A DNA stretch of 64,000 nt from an uncultured Bordetella sp. (GTDB lineage Bacteria > Pseudomonadota > Gammaproteobacteria > Burkholderiales > SG8-41), in the NCBI GenBank assembly GCA_964533495.1, contig CAZHJU010000014.1, positions 2,421 through 66,420 of the forward strand, written 5' to 3'. Below, one piece after another: positions 19,083 to 29,579 of this stretch. Numbering within the stretch: position 1 is the first letter of the stretch; each line of letters begins with the position of its first letter. The notes beneath the pieces are model-generated. The model ran no database searches, was not told where the DNA came from, and saw nothing but the letters and a program-made list of their open reading frames with translations. The position numbers and the translations under genes were made by a program.

Positions 19083-20756
19083 ATGGACAGCACCGAACGC
19101 AAGGCGGTCAAGACCGTCACCGGCGCCCGCGCCCTCGTCGACGCCCTGCAGCGCGAAGGCATCGACCACGTCTTCGGCATCCCCGGCACGCAGAACCTCG
19201 CCATCCTCGACGAACTGCGCGCGACGCCGCAGATCCGCTTCATCCTGACCCGCCACGAACAGGGCGCCGCATTCATGTCGTACGGCTTCGCGCGCGCCGC
19301 GAACAAACCCTCGGTGGTCACCGTCACCGAAGGCCCCGGCGTCACCAACATGGTCACCGGCATCGGCGCCGCGTTCAAGGGCAACGTGCCGGTGATCAGC
19401 ATCACCGGCGTGCAGGAAAGCCTCATGCGCGAGCGCGACGCCACGCAGGACATGGACCAGATCCCGTTCATGCGCCCGATCACCAAGTGGGCCTACAGCA
19501 TCCCCTACGTCGACAAGGTGCAGGAAGCCGTGCGCAAGGCCTTCCGCGTCGCGCTGACCGAACCGCAGGGACCGACCCACATCGAGGCCGCCAGCGAAGT
19601 GCTGCTGCAGCCAATCGCGCCGGAAACCGCCGCGCCCGCGGCCTACCGCCACACCGTGCCCGCGGTCTGCGATCCGGCGCAGATCGACGCCGCCTGGGAC
19701 CTGATCGCCAGGGCGCAGCGCCCGCTGTTCGTGATCGGCCGCGGCGTGATGAAGGAACGCGCCGTCGCCGCGATGCAGAAACTGACCGAAGCCACCGGCA
19801 TCCCGGCGGCCGCGCTGCAGTACTCGCCCGACGCCTTTCCGTCGTCACACCCGCTGGCGCTCGGCCCGCTGGGCCGCAACGGCTTCGCCAGCGCCAACCG
19901 CGCGGCGCCGCAGGCCGACGTCATCATCGCCGTCGGCGCGCATTTCGACGTGTTCTCGACGCTCTACAAGTACGGCATCTTCAGCGAGAGCGCGAAGATC
20001 ATCCACCAGACTGCCGCCGCCGGCCAGATCGGCATCGTGTTCCCGGTGGCGCTGGGCATCGCCGGCTCGGCAACCAGTTTCATCGACGGCCTCGCCGCCC
20101 GCGCCGCGAAGGCCGGCGCGCGCAAACCCTGGGTCGACGTCGCGAAGCTGCGCGCCGAGGGCGAGGCCGAGCTGCAGAAAGTACTGAAGCCCGAGGCCGA
20201 ACCGATCCAGCCGCAGTTCGTCGCCCACGCGATCCGCAAGGCGCTGCCGGAGAACGGCATCCTCGTGGTCGACGCCGGCAACGGCGGAAAACACGTACGC
20301 AGCTACTTCAAGAGCTACGAGCCCGACACCTTCCTCTGCATGGACGACTGGGCCGCCGTCGGCGGCGCGCTGCCGATCGCGATGGGCGTCAAGCTCGCGC
20401 GGCCCGACCGCCCGGTGCTGTGCACCGGCGGCGATATGGGCGCGATGTGCAACATCGGCGAGCTCGAAACCGCGGTCCGCGAAAACATCCCCGTGGTCTA
20501 CGTCGTGTTCAACGACGAGGGCCTCGGCAACGAGCGCGCCTTCCAGAACGAGCACTTCGGCGGCCGTTACTTCGCGGTCGACTACAAAAACCCGGATTTC
20601 GGCGCGCTGGCGAAAGTCTTCGGCGCCCACGGCGAGCGGGTCATCAAACCGCAGGAACTCGAAGGCGCGATCCAACGCGCCTTCGCCAGCGGCAAGCCGG
20701 CGGTAATCGACGTCATGATCGACCAGAACAGCCTCGCGCCGGTGATCCACCGCTGA
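19083..20756 (+). CDS. Thiamine-pyrophosphate-binding enzyme (acetolactate synthase large subunit-like)
   Basis: VFGIPG, RHEQGAAFM (catalytic Glu), GPGVTN; variant GDMG...FND TPP motif. Confidence 0.9.
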   Translation: MDSTERKAVKTVTGARALVDALQREGIDHVFGIPGTQNLAILDELRATPQIRFILTRHEQGAAFMSYGFARAANKPSVVTVTEGPGVTNMVTGIGAAFKGNVPVISITGVQESLMRERDATQDMDQIPFMRPITKWAYSIPYVDKVQEAVRKAFRVALTEPQGPTHIEAASEVLLQPIAPETAAPAAYRHTVPAVCDPAQIDAAWDLIARAQRPLFVIGRGVMKERAVAAMQKLTEATGIPAAALQYSPDAFPSSHPLALGPLGRNGFASANRAAPQADVIIAVGAHFDVFSTLYKYGIFSESAKIIHQTAAAGQIGIVFPVALGIAGSATSFIDGLAARAAKAGARKPWVDVAKLRAEGEAELQKVLKPEAEPIQPQFVAHAIRKALPENGILVVDAGNGGKHVRSYFKSYEPDTFLCMDDWAAVGGALPIAMGVKLARPDRPVLCTGGDMGAMCNIGELETAVRENIPVVYVVFNDEGLGNERAFQNEHFGGRYFAVDYKNPDFGALAKVFGAHGERVIKPQELEGAIQRAFASGKPAVIDVMIDQNSLAPVIHR

Positions 20757-20793
20757 CGCTGTTCAACAGGCGGTCGCCACCGCCCGTTCCGAC

Positions 20794-20825
20794 AAGCCGG
20801 CGATCTTTTTCGCCGGCTTTTTTTT
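20794..20825 (+). terminator. Intrinsic terminator
   Basis: AAGCCGGCGA-TCTTTT-TCGCCGGCTT followed by a T-run. Confidence 0.85.
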
Positions 20826-21025
20826 ATTGTTTGCCCGTCGGCAGGGCCGTCTGGCTTCGGCAGCCCTTTTCCGGGACCGTCACATTGCGGACTTATTGCT
20901 GCGGGTTGCTTGTATTCCTGAAAATATGCCAGTAATAGTCAAAATACAAAGCGGACCTGGCGGCGCCCGCAACCCGCGTCCACCACGCATCGCGGCACAA
21001 TAACCGGAACGCCCAACGACATTTC

Positions 21026-22171
21026 ATGGCCAACGAGGACCCCAGCAGCGCGCAGCCACGGGCCGGAAACGGCACGGGCCGGGCCGGCATGCTTGCCCGC
21101 CCCAAATCGTGGCTGCTGGCCGCGGCCGCCCTCGGCCTGCTGGTCTGGGTCGTGCACTGGTCCTATTTCCGCTGGACCCATGTCTACATCGACGATGCCA
21201 GGATCGACGGCGAAATCATCACGCTGTCGAGCCGCGTATCGGGCTGGGTCACCGAACTGCCCGTCATCGAGGGCGAAATCGTCAAAAAGGGTGATCTCCT
21301 GTTCCACATCGACGACCGCGACTCGCGGCTGCAGCGCGACGCGCTGGTCGCGCGCCTCCAATCCGTCGAGGGCCAGATGGCGGGAGTGCGCGCCCGCAGC
21401 GGCCAGGTCGATCTCGAAACGCAGGGCAAATACCAGAGCGAAAACCATCGCCTGAAGGCCGCCGAAGCCGAGGCCGCCGCGCTCGATGCGCAGGTCAGGC
21501 AGGCCCGGTACGACTACGAGCGCGCCCGCGAACTCGCCGCCGCGAAATGGCTCTCGCCGCAGGCCATGGAACGGGCGCGCACCGCATACCAAGCGGCGCA
21601 GGAAAACCACCGCAAGGCGCTTGCCGACATCGATTCGGTGCGCGGCACCGTGACCGCCGCGCACGGCAGCCGGCGCGAACTGCAGGTCATGCAGCACCAG
21701 TACACGACGCTCGCGCGCCAAGCCGACGAGATCCGCGCCGAAATCAGCCGCCGCGACATCGACATCGCCGATCGCGTCATCACCAGCCCGGACGACGGCC
21801 GCGTGGTCAGAACTTTCGTGCGCAAGGGCGAGCACGTCTCGACCGGGCAGCGCATCCTGATGTTCCACAATCCGGAGACGATCTGGGTCGAAGCCAACGT
21901 CAAGGAAACCGACATCGCCCGGCTGAAGCCCGGCATGGCGGCGGACATCAGGGTCGACGCCTATCCCGGCCGCACTTTCAAGGGCGAGATCTTCCGCATC
22001 GGGCGCGCGGCGACCAGCAAATTCGCGCTGCTCCCCGACCCCAATCCCAGCGGCAATTTCACCAAGATCACGCAACGCCTGCCCGTGCGCATCCGGCTCG
22101 TGCAGAAGGACCCGGTGCTGCGTCCGGGCATGATGGTCGAGGTGGTCATTGCGGCCCGCCGCAACGACTGA
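21026..22171 (+). CDS. HlyD/EmrA-family membrane fusion protein
   Basis: Single N-terminal TM, VYIDDARIDG, coiled coil, FALLPDPNPSGNFTKITQRLPVRI. Confidence 0.93.
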   Translation: MANEDPSSAQPRAGNGTGRAGMLARPKSWLLAAAALGLLVWVVHWSYFRWTHVYIDDARIDGEIITLSSRVSGWVTELPVIEGEIVKKGDLLFHIDDRDSRLQRDALVARLQSVEGQMAGVRARSGQVDLETQGKYQSENHRLKAAEAEAAALDAQVRQARYDYERARELAAAKWLSPQAMERARTAYQAAQENHRKALADIDSVRGTVTAAHGSRRELQVMQHQYTTLARQADEIRAEISRRDIDIADRVITSPDDGRVVRTFVRKGEHVSTGQRILMFHNPETIWVEANVKETDIARLKPGMAADIRVDAYPGRTFKGEIFRIGRAATSKFALLPDPNPSGNFTKITQRLPVRIRLVQKDPVLRPGMMVEVVIAARRND

Positions 22172-23726
22172 GGAACTGTTCGCGCGCTACGGGCCGGGAT
22201 ACCGCTGGCTCGCGACGGCCACGGTGATGCTGGGCACGATTTCGGCCGTACTCACCACCACCAGCGTCAACGTCGCCATCCCCGACATCATGGGCGCATT
22301 CGGCATCGGCCAGGACCGCGCGCAATGGCTGTCCACCGGCACCCTGGCGGCCATGACGGTCGGCATGCTGCTCAACGCCTGGCTGATGGACAATTTCGGC
22401 CAGCGCAACGTGTTCATCGGCTCGCTCGCCGTGTTCATCGCCGCGCTGCTGCTCGCCGGACTCGCCCCCAACGAAAACGTGCTGATCTTCTCGCGCATCG
22501 TGCAGGGCGCCGTCGCCGGCGTACTGCAGCCGCTGGCGATGTACACCCTGTTCAGGGTGTTTCCCCCGAACCGGCGGGGGGCCGCGATGGGGCTCTTCGG
22601 CATGAGCGTCATCCTCGGCCCCGCCATCGGCCCGACGCTCGGCGGCGTGCTGATCGACCTGTTCAACTGGCGATTCATCTTTTTCGCGCCGATGGCCGTC
22701 AGCATGCTCGCCATCATCATCGGCAGCCTGTTCCTGCCCGGGCGCGAGGGGGACGGCGCGCGGGTGCGCTTCGACTGGCCGGGCTTCGTGCTGCTGTCCG
22801 TCGCCATCGCGACCGTGCTGACCGCGCTGTCCAACGGGCAGCGCGAAGGCTGGCATTCGGATTATGTGCTGTCCCTGCTCACGATCGCCGCCACCGCCGG
22901 TTGCGCATTCATCGCTTGGTCCCTGCGGATCGATGCACCGCTGGTCGATCTGCGCGTGTTCGCCAATCCCCGCTTCGCGGCCGCTTCGGCGGTGGGCGCC
23001 ATCTACGGCGCGGGAATATTCGGCTCCACCTACCTTGTCCCGCTCTTCGTGCAGACCATACAGCATGCAACGCCGCTCGCGGCCGGGCTGCTGCTGATGC
23101 CGGCCGGGCTGGTCATGGGCGCGTTGATGCCCGTCGGAGGCTACATGAGCGACCGCATCTCGCCGACGGTGCTGGTCGTCACCGGCCTGCTGTTTTTCGC
23201 GGTTTCGGCTTTCTGGCTCGCCCGCGTCGACACCAACATGCCCTTCTGGACCATCGCCTTCGCCGTGGTGCTCTCGCGCATCGGCATCTCGCTGATCAAG
23301 CCCGCCCTGAACCTCACCGCCATGCGGGCATTGACGCCGGCGCAACTCAGCCAGGGCGCGGGGATGATCAACTTCGTGCGCCAGCTGGGCGGCGCATTCG
23401 GGGTCAACCTGCTGTCGGTACTGCTCGACCGCCGGACGCTTTTCCACAGCGACGCGCTGACCGCGATGCAAACCGCCGCAAACTCCACCACCATGGAACT
23501 GCTGCGCACGATGGAGGCCCTGCTCGCGCGCGCCGGCGTGCCCGAAGACCTGCAGGGGCCGGGCGCGCTGCACTTTCTGGGCAAGGTGATCCACGCCCAG
23601 GCCTACACGATGGGTTTCCGCGACAGCTTCCTCGCGGTAGCCATCGTCTACGTGCTCGCCATCATTCCCGCTTGGATCATGGCCCGGACGGGGACACGCA
23701 CGGGAACGGCATCCGCACGCGGGTAG
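22149..23726 (+). CDS. DHA2/EmrB-QacA family MFS efflux permease
   Basis: TTTSVNVAIPDI, RIVQGAVAG, GPAIGPTLGG, NWRFIF, RQLGGAFG; TTG start overlapping the HlyD gene end (start uncertain). Confidence 0.92.
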   Translation: MRPAATTEELFARYGPGYRWLATATVMLGTISAVLTTTSVNVAIPDIMGAFGIGQDRAQWLSTGTLAAMTVGMLLNAWLMDNFGQRNVFIGSLAVFIAALLLAGLAPNENVLIFSRIVQGAVAGVLQPLAMYTLFRVFPPNRRGAAMGLFGMSVILGPAIGPTLGGVLIDLFNWRFIFFAPMAVSMLAIIIGSLFLPGREGDGARVRFDWPGFVLLSVAIATVLTALSNGQREGWHSDYVLSLLTIAATAGCAFIAWSLRIDAPLVDLRVFANPRFAAASAVGAIYGAGIFGSTYLVPLFVQTIQHATPLAAGLLLMPAGLVMGALMPVGGYMSDRISPTVLVVTGLLFFAVSAFWLARVDTNMPFWTIAFAVVLSRIGISLIKPALNLTAMRALTPAQLSQGAGMINFVRQLGGAFGVNLLSVLLDRRTLFHSDALTAMQTAANSTTMELLRTMEALLARAGVPEDLQGPGALHFLGKVIHAQAYTMGFRDSFLAVAIVYVLAIIPAWIMARTGTRTGTASARG

Positions 23727-23765
23727 GACACGGCCCGCGCGACGGGCTCCTTCCACCCCGGATCT

Positions 23766-24749
23766 TTATTCGGGCCGGATGCCGCTGCCGCGGATCATCT
23801 CCTCGAAGCGCAGGTACTCCTCCCGCATGTGGCGCATGAAACCGTCGGGCGTGCTGTCCGGCGTCGACTCCGCGCCCTGGTGCAGGAAGCGCTTGCGCAG
23901 TAGCGCGTGGCGTAGCACGCCGACGATGTCGCCGTGCAGCTGCTCGACGATGCGCCGCGGCGTGCCGGCCGGCGCGACGACGCCCGACCAGCTGTCGAAC
24001 TGCGCATCCGGCAGGCCGAGTTCGCGGATCGCCGGCACCGCCGGCAGCACACCGCTGCGCTGCGGCGTCATCACCGCCAGCGGGCGCAGCCGGCCCTTCT
24101 GCACCGCGGGCAGCACAGCCGGCAGCGTCAGCACCGCATAGTGCACGCGGCCCAGCCCCATCTCGGCGAAGGTGTTGATCACCGCGCGGTACGGCACGTG
24201 CACCGCGTCGATGCCCAGCGCCCGCGAAAACACCTCGCCGGCCAGATGCGAGGCCGACCCGATGCCGAGCGAGGCATAGTTGAGGTCGCCGGGGCTGGCG
24301 CGCGCATGCCGCACGAAATCCCGCGCGGTGCGCGCGTGCAGGTCCGGCGCGACGACCAGCACATTGGTGATCGAGGCGACGTGCGCCACGCCGGTGACAT
24401 CGGCCAGCGCGCGGTAGGGCGGCGGCTCGCGCAGCAGGGCAGTGATCAGGCGCGTGACGCTGACCATGCCCAGCGTGTAGCCGTCGGCGCCGGCGCGCGA
24501 CACCAGGGTGTTGCCGATCAGCCCGCCGGCGCCGGGCCGGGTATCGATCATCACCCGCTGGCGGTACAGATCCTCCAGCCCCGTGCCGACGGAGCGCGCG
24601 AAAAAGTCGTCGGCCGAACCCGGCGAATCGGCGACGATCAGGCGGATCGGGCGCTGCGGATAATCCGGATGAATTCCGTCTACTGCCTTGGTGCCCGCCG
24701 TCGCCATGAAAACCCATGCCAGCAGGCAGGCAACGGCGGCGCGGATCAT
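23766..24749 (-). CDS. Bug/TctC substrate-binding protein (divergent)
   Basis: YPQRPIRLIV, IDTRPGAGGLIG, YASLGIGSASHLAGE, HVPYR; start chosen at MIRAAVACLL. Confidence 0.88.
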   Translation of the reverse strand: MIRAAVACLLAWVFMATAGTKAVDGIHPDYPQRPIRLIVADSPGSADDFFARSVGTGLEDLYRQRVMIDTRPGAGGLIGNTLVSRAGADGYTLGMVSVTRLITALLREPPPYRALADVTGVAHVASITNVLVVAPDLHARTARDFVRHARASPGDLNYASLGIGSASHLAGEVFSRALGIDAVHVPYRAVINTFAEMGLGRVHYAVLTLPAVLPAVQKGRLRPLAVMTPQRSGVLPAVPAIRELGLPDAQFDSWSGVVAPAGTPRRIVEQLHGDIVGVLRHALLRKRFLHQGAESTPDSTPDGFMRHMREEYLRFEEMIRGSGIRPE

Positions 24750-24765
24750 GCACGACGGCATCGAA

Positions 24766-25878
24766 TCACGCAGATTTCGCGTCCCTGTACTGTTCCGCAA
24801 TGATCCTGAACTGATCGGCACAGCCCTCGAATATGCCCACCAGAACCGGATCAAAATGGGAGCCTGAACCCTTCACGATGAAATCCACCGCATCTTCGTG
24901 ACTGAAAGGTTTCTTGTAAGGCCGTTCGCTTATCAGCGCGTCATAGACATCCGCGATCGCCATCAGCCTTGCCGAGAACGGGATTTGTTCGCCGGCGATC
25001 CCCTGGGGATACCCCGAGCCATCCCATTTCTCCTGATGTCCATACGCGATCTCGCGCGCAACCTCAAGAAAGGAACTCGGGGTGTCGAGAAGCGCTTCCG
25101 CAGAGAGAATGGCATCCCTGCCCAGGGTGGTGTGGGTCTTCATGATCTCGAATTCTTCCGGCGTCAGTTTGCCCTGTTTGAGCAATATGTGATCGGGAAT
25201 GCCGACCTTGCCGATATCATGCAGGGGCGCCGACTTGTACAGCAACTCGATGTATTCGTCCGTCAGCGTGCCTGTCATACGCCCGGACTCCTTCAGGCTC
25301 ACAGCCAGCAAGCGGACGTAATTTTGGGTGCGCCGGATGTGGTTTCCGGTCTCGTTGTCCCTGGTTTCCGCCAGCGACGCCATTGCCATGATCGTCACAT
25401 CCTGGATGACCTGCACCTCGCGTGTCCGCTTGCTCACCTCGGTCTCGAGAAAAGCATTCTGGTCTTTCAGGAAATCCTTGGCGCGCTTGAGGAACAGATG
25501 TGTCCTCACCCGCGCCATGACAATTGGCGGACTCACCGGTTTGACAATGTAATCGACACAGCCGACGTCAAACCCGGCCTGTTCGTCCTCGACCTGGGTT
25601 TTGGCCGTCAGGAATATCACCGGGATATCCGCAGTCAGCGGATCCGCCTTCAGGCGCCTGCACACCTCGTAGCCATCGAGGCCCGGCATCATGATGTCGA
25701 GCAGGATGATATCGGGCAGCGGATGCGTGGCCGCCAGTTTCAGCGCGCGCTCCCCGTTGTTCGCCACCCGGGTCCTGTAATCGTCCTTGAGCAATCCGTT
25801 CATCAGGGCGAGGTTCTCCGGCGCATCATCCACGATCAGCACGGATGGTTTTTCGGCGAAATCCAGCGCATCGGTCAT
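24766..25878 (-). CDS. Response regulator with HD-GYP phosphodiesterase domain (RpfG-like)
   Basis: REC domain (LIVDD, LLDIMMP, FLTA..KP) plus ETGNHIRR, LHDIGKVGIPD, HQEKWDGSGYP, ADVYDAL. Confidence 0.95.
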   Translation of the reverse strand: MTDALDFAEKPSVLIVDDAPENLALMNGLLKDDYRTRVANNGERALKLAATHPLPDIILLDIMMPGLDGYEVCRRLKADPLTADIPVIFLTAKTQVEDEQAGFDVGCVDYIVKPVSPPIVMARVRTHLFLKRAKDFLKDQNAFLETEVSKRTREVQVIQDVTIMAMASLAETRDNETGNHIRRTQNYVRLLAVSLKESGRMTGTLTDEYIELLYKSAPLHDIGKVGIPDHILLKQGKLTPEEFEIMKTHTTLGRDAILSAEALLDTPSSFLEVAREIAYGHQEKWDGSGYPQGIAGEQIPFSARLMAIADVYDALISERPYKKPFSHEDAVDFIVKGSGSHFDPVLVGIFEGCADQFRIIAEQYRDAKSA

Positions 25879-28800
25879 GGCCCAGCCCCCTCGATGGTTA
25901 TTCCGTTCGCCGCGGCACCCGCCCGCAATGCATCCAGTGCCATATCAAAATCGAAATCGTTGACCGCACGCTCCACGGCGACAGCACCGTCGCCCAGCGC
26001 AGCCCGCAGCAGTGCTCTGTTGTCGCCGTAATAATCGCCGGCGGCGCCGTCCGCGGCAACCAGCAGTCCGGCCAGCCGTTTCAGGACCGGCAGCGCATCG
26101 GAAACGTCGATCGTTGCGATATTCGGTGCACCCATCGTCCCGTCCGGTCCGCGCGACTCCTGTATCGCCTTGATTGCTGCCGCCAGTGCTTCGTCCAACG
26201 CCGCGATCTGTGCCTCTGTTTCATCCCCGGCGCGAACCGCCGCTTCGAGCCGGGCGGCCGCCTCCTGCGCCGCGACAGCCCCGATATTGCCGGATACTCC
26301 CTTCACGGTATGTGCGACGCGTTCCGCAGTTTCGCGGTCGCCGGCGGAGAAAGCCTTGCGGATTTCCTGCACGGCGCCTGCCTGGGCATTTGCGTATTTT
26401 TCGAGCAGCTTGCGGTAAAGGCCGGCGTTGCCTGCCACCCGCCTCAGGCCGGCAATCGTATCGATCCCCTGGATGCAAAAGCCACCGGCGCGCGCCTGTC
26501 CGGCCACCGGATGCGCCCCTTGTTGCGAGAGACGGGGCAGCCAGCGCAGCAGCGTGCGGAACATCGTTCCGGGATCGATCGGCTTGGCAATATGATCGTT
26601 CATCCCCGCTGCGAGGCAACGTTCGCGCTCTTCGGCCATTGCATGCGCGGTCATCGCGATCACCGGGAGTGCGGCAAAACCGGTTTCGGCCCGGATGCAT
26701 CTTACGGCTTCGTAACCGTCCATGTCCGGCATTTGCAGATCCATCAGCACAAGGTCGTAGGACTGCGGACCGGCTGACAGCACCTTGGACACGGCCTCGC
26801 GGCCATTGCCCGCGACGTCCACCCGTGCGCCCGAACCTTCCAGCAGTTCCACGGCAATCTGCTGGTTGATCTCGTTGTCTTCCGCAAGCAGCAGCCTCGC
26901 CCCGGAAAGATCGTGCGTGGCTGCGGCAATCCCGGTGTTTTCCCCCGAAGACTGCGGCGCGAATATCCTCACGATCGCATCCACCATCGAAGAGGCACTC
27001 ACCGGTTTTACGAGAAACCCGTCCATGCGGGCCTGCTCCGCCTCGGACCGCAGATCCTCGCGGCCGAAGGCGGTGACCATGATGATCGGCGGCGGGTCGG
27101 GCATGGCCTTGATCGCGCGCGAAGCCTCGATGCCGTCCATGCCGGGCATCTTCCAGTCCATGAACACCAGGCTGTGACGCCCTCCGGGGCCGGGGTCGCG
27201 CACCGCCGCGATCGCCTCCTCCCCCGAAGCCACCTGGTCCACGCGGAACGGCAATGCCGCCAGCAGTTCGGCCAGAATTTCCCGGGCGCCCGCATTGTCG
27301 TCGACCACCAGCACCCGGGCATCGTTCAAGCCTTCCGGAATGACGCGGCGGCCATGCTCCTCCCTCCCGATGCCGAGCCAGATCGTGAACGAAAAAGTGC
27401 TGCCTTTCCCGGCCACGCTGTCGACCCAGATCGTCCCGCCCATCATTTCGGCAAAACGCTTTGAAATCGTCAAACCCAAACCCGTGCCGCCGTACTTGCG
27501 CGTGGTCGATCCGTCTCCCTGGGTGAATTCCCGGAAAAGATTGACGGTTTGCTCCGGCGTCATGCCGATGCCCGTATCCCGCACCGAAAACCTCAACAGG
27601 GTCTTGCCGCCGTTCCGCCCATCGACCCGCACCTGCACAAGAACCTCACCGCGCTCGGTGAACTTGACCGCATTGCTCACGAGATTCAGCAGTATCTGCC
27701 CGACCCGCAGCGGATCCCCCACCAGGTAACGGGGCACATCCGGTGCAACGTCGAACAGCAGCTCCAGTCCCTTGTCGAATACCTTGTCGCCGATCATTGC
27801 CGATACACCGGACATCACCTGCTCAAGATCGAAATCCACCGACTCCATGCTGATCTTGCCCGCTTCGATCTTCGAGAAATCGAGAATGTCGTTGATGATC
27901 CCGAGCAATGCCGTACCGGCATTGTGGATTTTCTGGACATAGTCGCGCTGGCGCGGGTCAAGGTCGGTCTTCAGCGCAAGATGGGACATGCCGATGACGG
28001 CATTCATCGGCGTGCGGATTTCATGGCTCATGTTTGCGAGAAACATTGACTTCGATCTGGTCGCCTCCTCGGCAATCTCCTTGGCCTCGCGTATGGCCTG
28101 CTCCGCCTCCTTCAGGCGGCTGATGTCGGACAGGGTGCCGCTCGTGCGCAGGACATTGCCCGCTGCATCCCGCAGGGAGCGCGCCTTGCAGTGCACCCAC
28201 AGGTAACTCCCGTCATTGCGCCGGATGCGGTATTCGATGTCGTAAGGACTGTCACTTGCCAGATGGCCCTCGAAAGCACCAATCGCGCGGGCCGCATCTT
28301 CCGGGTGAAGACCGGCTTTCCAGGTATCGAAATCGGATTTGAGCTCTCCCTCCTCGTAACCCAGCAGTTCCAGCAGGCGCGATGCGAACCAAAAAGTCTG
28401 TCCCGCGGGATCATATTCCCAGATGACATCTCCGCCGCCCTCCACTGCAAGCTTGAACCGCTCCTCGCTGGCCTTGAGCCGCCCCTCGATGCGCTGGCGC
28501 TCCTCGATTTCGCGGCGCAGGCGGCGGTTCCAGAACACCATGGAAATGATCACCACGGCGATTCCGCTTCCGATCGGCAGGGCCCAGTAAAGAATCTTCT
28601 CCAGATCGATGCCGTCAGAGGCGAAAGACGATTCGTACAGGCCGTACTCGACCAGCGAGGTGCCGTAATACTTGCGCCATGAACGGTCCAGTTCCGAACC
28701 AACGCGCTTGCTTTCCTGAAAAAAACGCGCCAACTCGTTCTGCAGATGCGTGCTGGAGACGGCGGTACCCCAGCCCACCCTTACCGGCTCATCGACCGGG

Positions 28801-29501
28801 AAGAAAATGTCCAGATTGAGCAGGTCGGTGCGAACCCATTCAAATGCGCTTTCGCTGCCCACGATCGTGAAATCCGCGTTCCCGTCCGCGACCGTGTTGA
28901 CCGCCTCTATCGTTGGAGCGTTGCTCACGACCACCGGGTTGGATGCGTAAACCTCGCCGTTCTGATTGAGCAACCAGGTTTCGTAAGCAGTACCCTGCTG
29001 TACGACAGCCCGGCGGCCGGCCAGATCCGCGGGGCCTTTGAGAAGGCCGTGCAGGCGGCGGTTCGCGATGACGATCTTGCGCGCCGTGTAATACGGAACC
29101 AGCGCCATTTTCGTGGCGCGCCAATCGAGAATATGCAGATCATTGGGATAAAGATCACAGGTGCCGTCGACAAGATACCGGGGCTCGTAGCGCTTTTCCC
29201 TGACCGTTTTACCCTCGGCGTTATGGAACTGATGATCGAAACTCGGCAGCCTCATGATCTCGGATTTGACCCCGATGAATTCGGCGAATATCCGGGCATT
29301 GATCTCGTAAAAGGAAGCGCTGGAACCGGCCACACAGGCGCGCAGCACACCGGAACTGCGGATCTCCTTCAGATCCCGGGCCTCGGTCATCAAACTAGCG
29401 CCGAGCATGATCGGAAGCAACACCAGTTGCAGCCACTGGCCGGTCCGGAACGGCATGGCGGCACCAGACGTCAAGACAGCCCGCCTTGCCCGCCCAGTCA
29501 T
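25875..29501 (-). CDS. Hybrid sensor histidine kinase: periplasmic binding-protein domain, TM, PAS, HisKA/HATPase, two REC, HPt
   Basis: FLANMSHEIRTPMN, NLVSNAVKFT, DTGIG, GGTGLGL; two LxxDD..DxxMP receiver motifs; AHTVKGVSGNIGA HPt; ATGA overlap with the regulator. Confidence 0.92.
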   Translation of the reverse strand: MTGRARRAVLTSGAAMPFRTGQWLQLVLLPIMLGASLMTEARDLKEIRSSGVLRACVAGSSASFYEINARIFAEFIGVKSEIMRLPSFDHQFHNAEGKTVREKRYEPRYLVDGTCDLYPNDLHILDWRATKMALVPYYTARKIVIANRRLHGLLKGPADLAGRRAVVQQGTAYETWLLNQNGEVYASNPVVVSNAPTIEAVNTVADGNADFTIVGSESAFEWVRTDLLNLDIFFPVDEPVRVGWGTAVSSTHLQNELARFFQESKRVGSELDRSWRKYYGTSLVEYGLYESSFASDGIDLEKILYWALPIGSGIAVVIISMVFWNRRLRREIEERQRIEGRLKASEERFKLAVEGGGDVIWEYDPAGQTFWFASRLLELLGYEEGELKSDFDTWKAGLHPEDAARAIGAFEGHLASDSPYDIEYRIRRNDGSYLWVHCKARSLRDAAGNVLRTSGTLSDISRLKEAEQAIREAKEIAEEATRSKSMFLANMSHEIRTPMNAVIGMSHLALKTDLDPRQRDYVQKIHNAGTALLGIINDILDFSKIEAGKISMESVDFDLEQVMSGVSAMIGDKVFDKGLELLFDVAPDVPRYLVGDPLRVGQILLNLVSNAVKFTERGEVLVQVRVDGRNGGKTLLRFSVRDTGIGMTPEQTVNLFREFTQGDGSTTRKYGGTGLGLTISKRFAEMMGGTIWVDSVAGKGSTFSFTIWLGIGREEHGRRVIPEGLNDARVLVVDDNAGAREILAELLAALPFRVDQVASGEEAIAAVRDPGPGGRHSLVFMDWKMPGMDGIEASRAIKAMPDPPPIIMVTAFGREDLRSEAEQARMDGFLVKPVSASSMVDAIVRIFAPQSSGENTGIAAATHDLSGARLLLAEDNEINQQIAVELLEGSGARVDVAGNGREAVSKVLSAGPQSYDLVLMDLQMPDMDGYEAVRCIRAETGFAALPVIAMTAHAMAEERERCLAAGMNDHIAKPIDPGTMFRTLLRWLPRLSQQGAHPVAGQARAGGFCIQGIDTIAGLRRVAGNAGLYRKLLEKYANAQAGAVQEIRKAFSAGDRETAERVAHTVKGVSGNIGAVAAQEAAARLEAAVRAGDETEAQIAALDEALAAAIKAIQESRGPDGTMGAPNIATIDVSDALPVLKRLAGLLVAADGAAGDYYGDNRALLRAALGDGAVAVERAVNDFDFDMALDALRAGAAANGITIEGAGP

Positions 29502-29579
29502 CGCTTCTTCCTCGCCATCCCGAACCGCATTCCCGGGCTCGTGCAGCGTCCAATCATTCCAAAACATCGTCAGGGATAC

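Noticed and set aside
17642-20935. 1097-aa plus-strand ORF, and similar long Arg/Ala/Pro-rich ORFs (e.g. 32605..35175, 43881-region alternates, 60962..63088)
   Set aside because: Off-frame or antisense overlaps of well-supported genes; low-complexity translations.
20890-20950. AT-rich patch upstream of the HlyD gene as an eighth IHF site
   Set aside because: No acceptable match to WATCAANNNNTTR; more likely ordinary promoter sequence.
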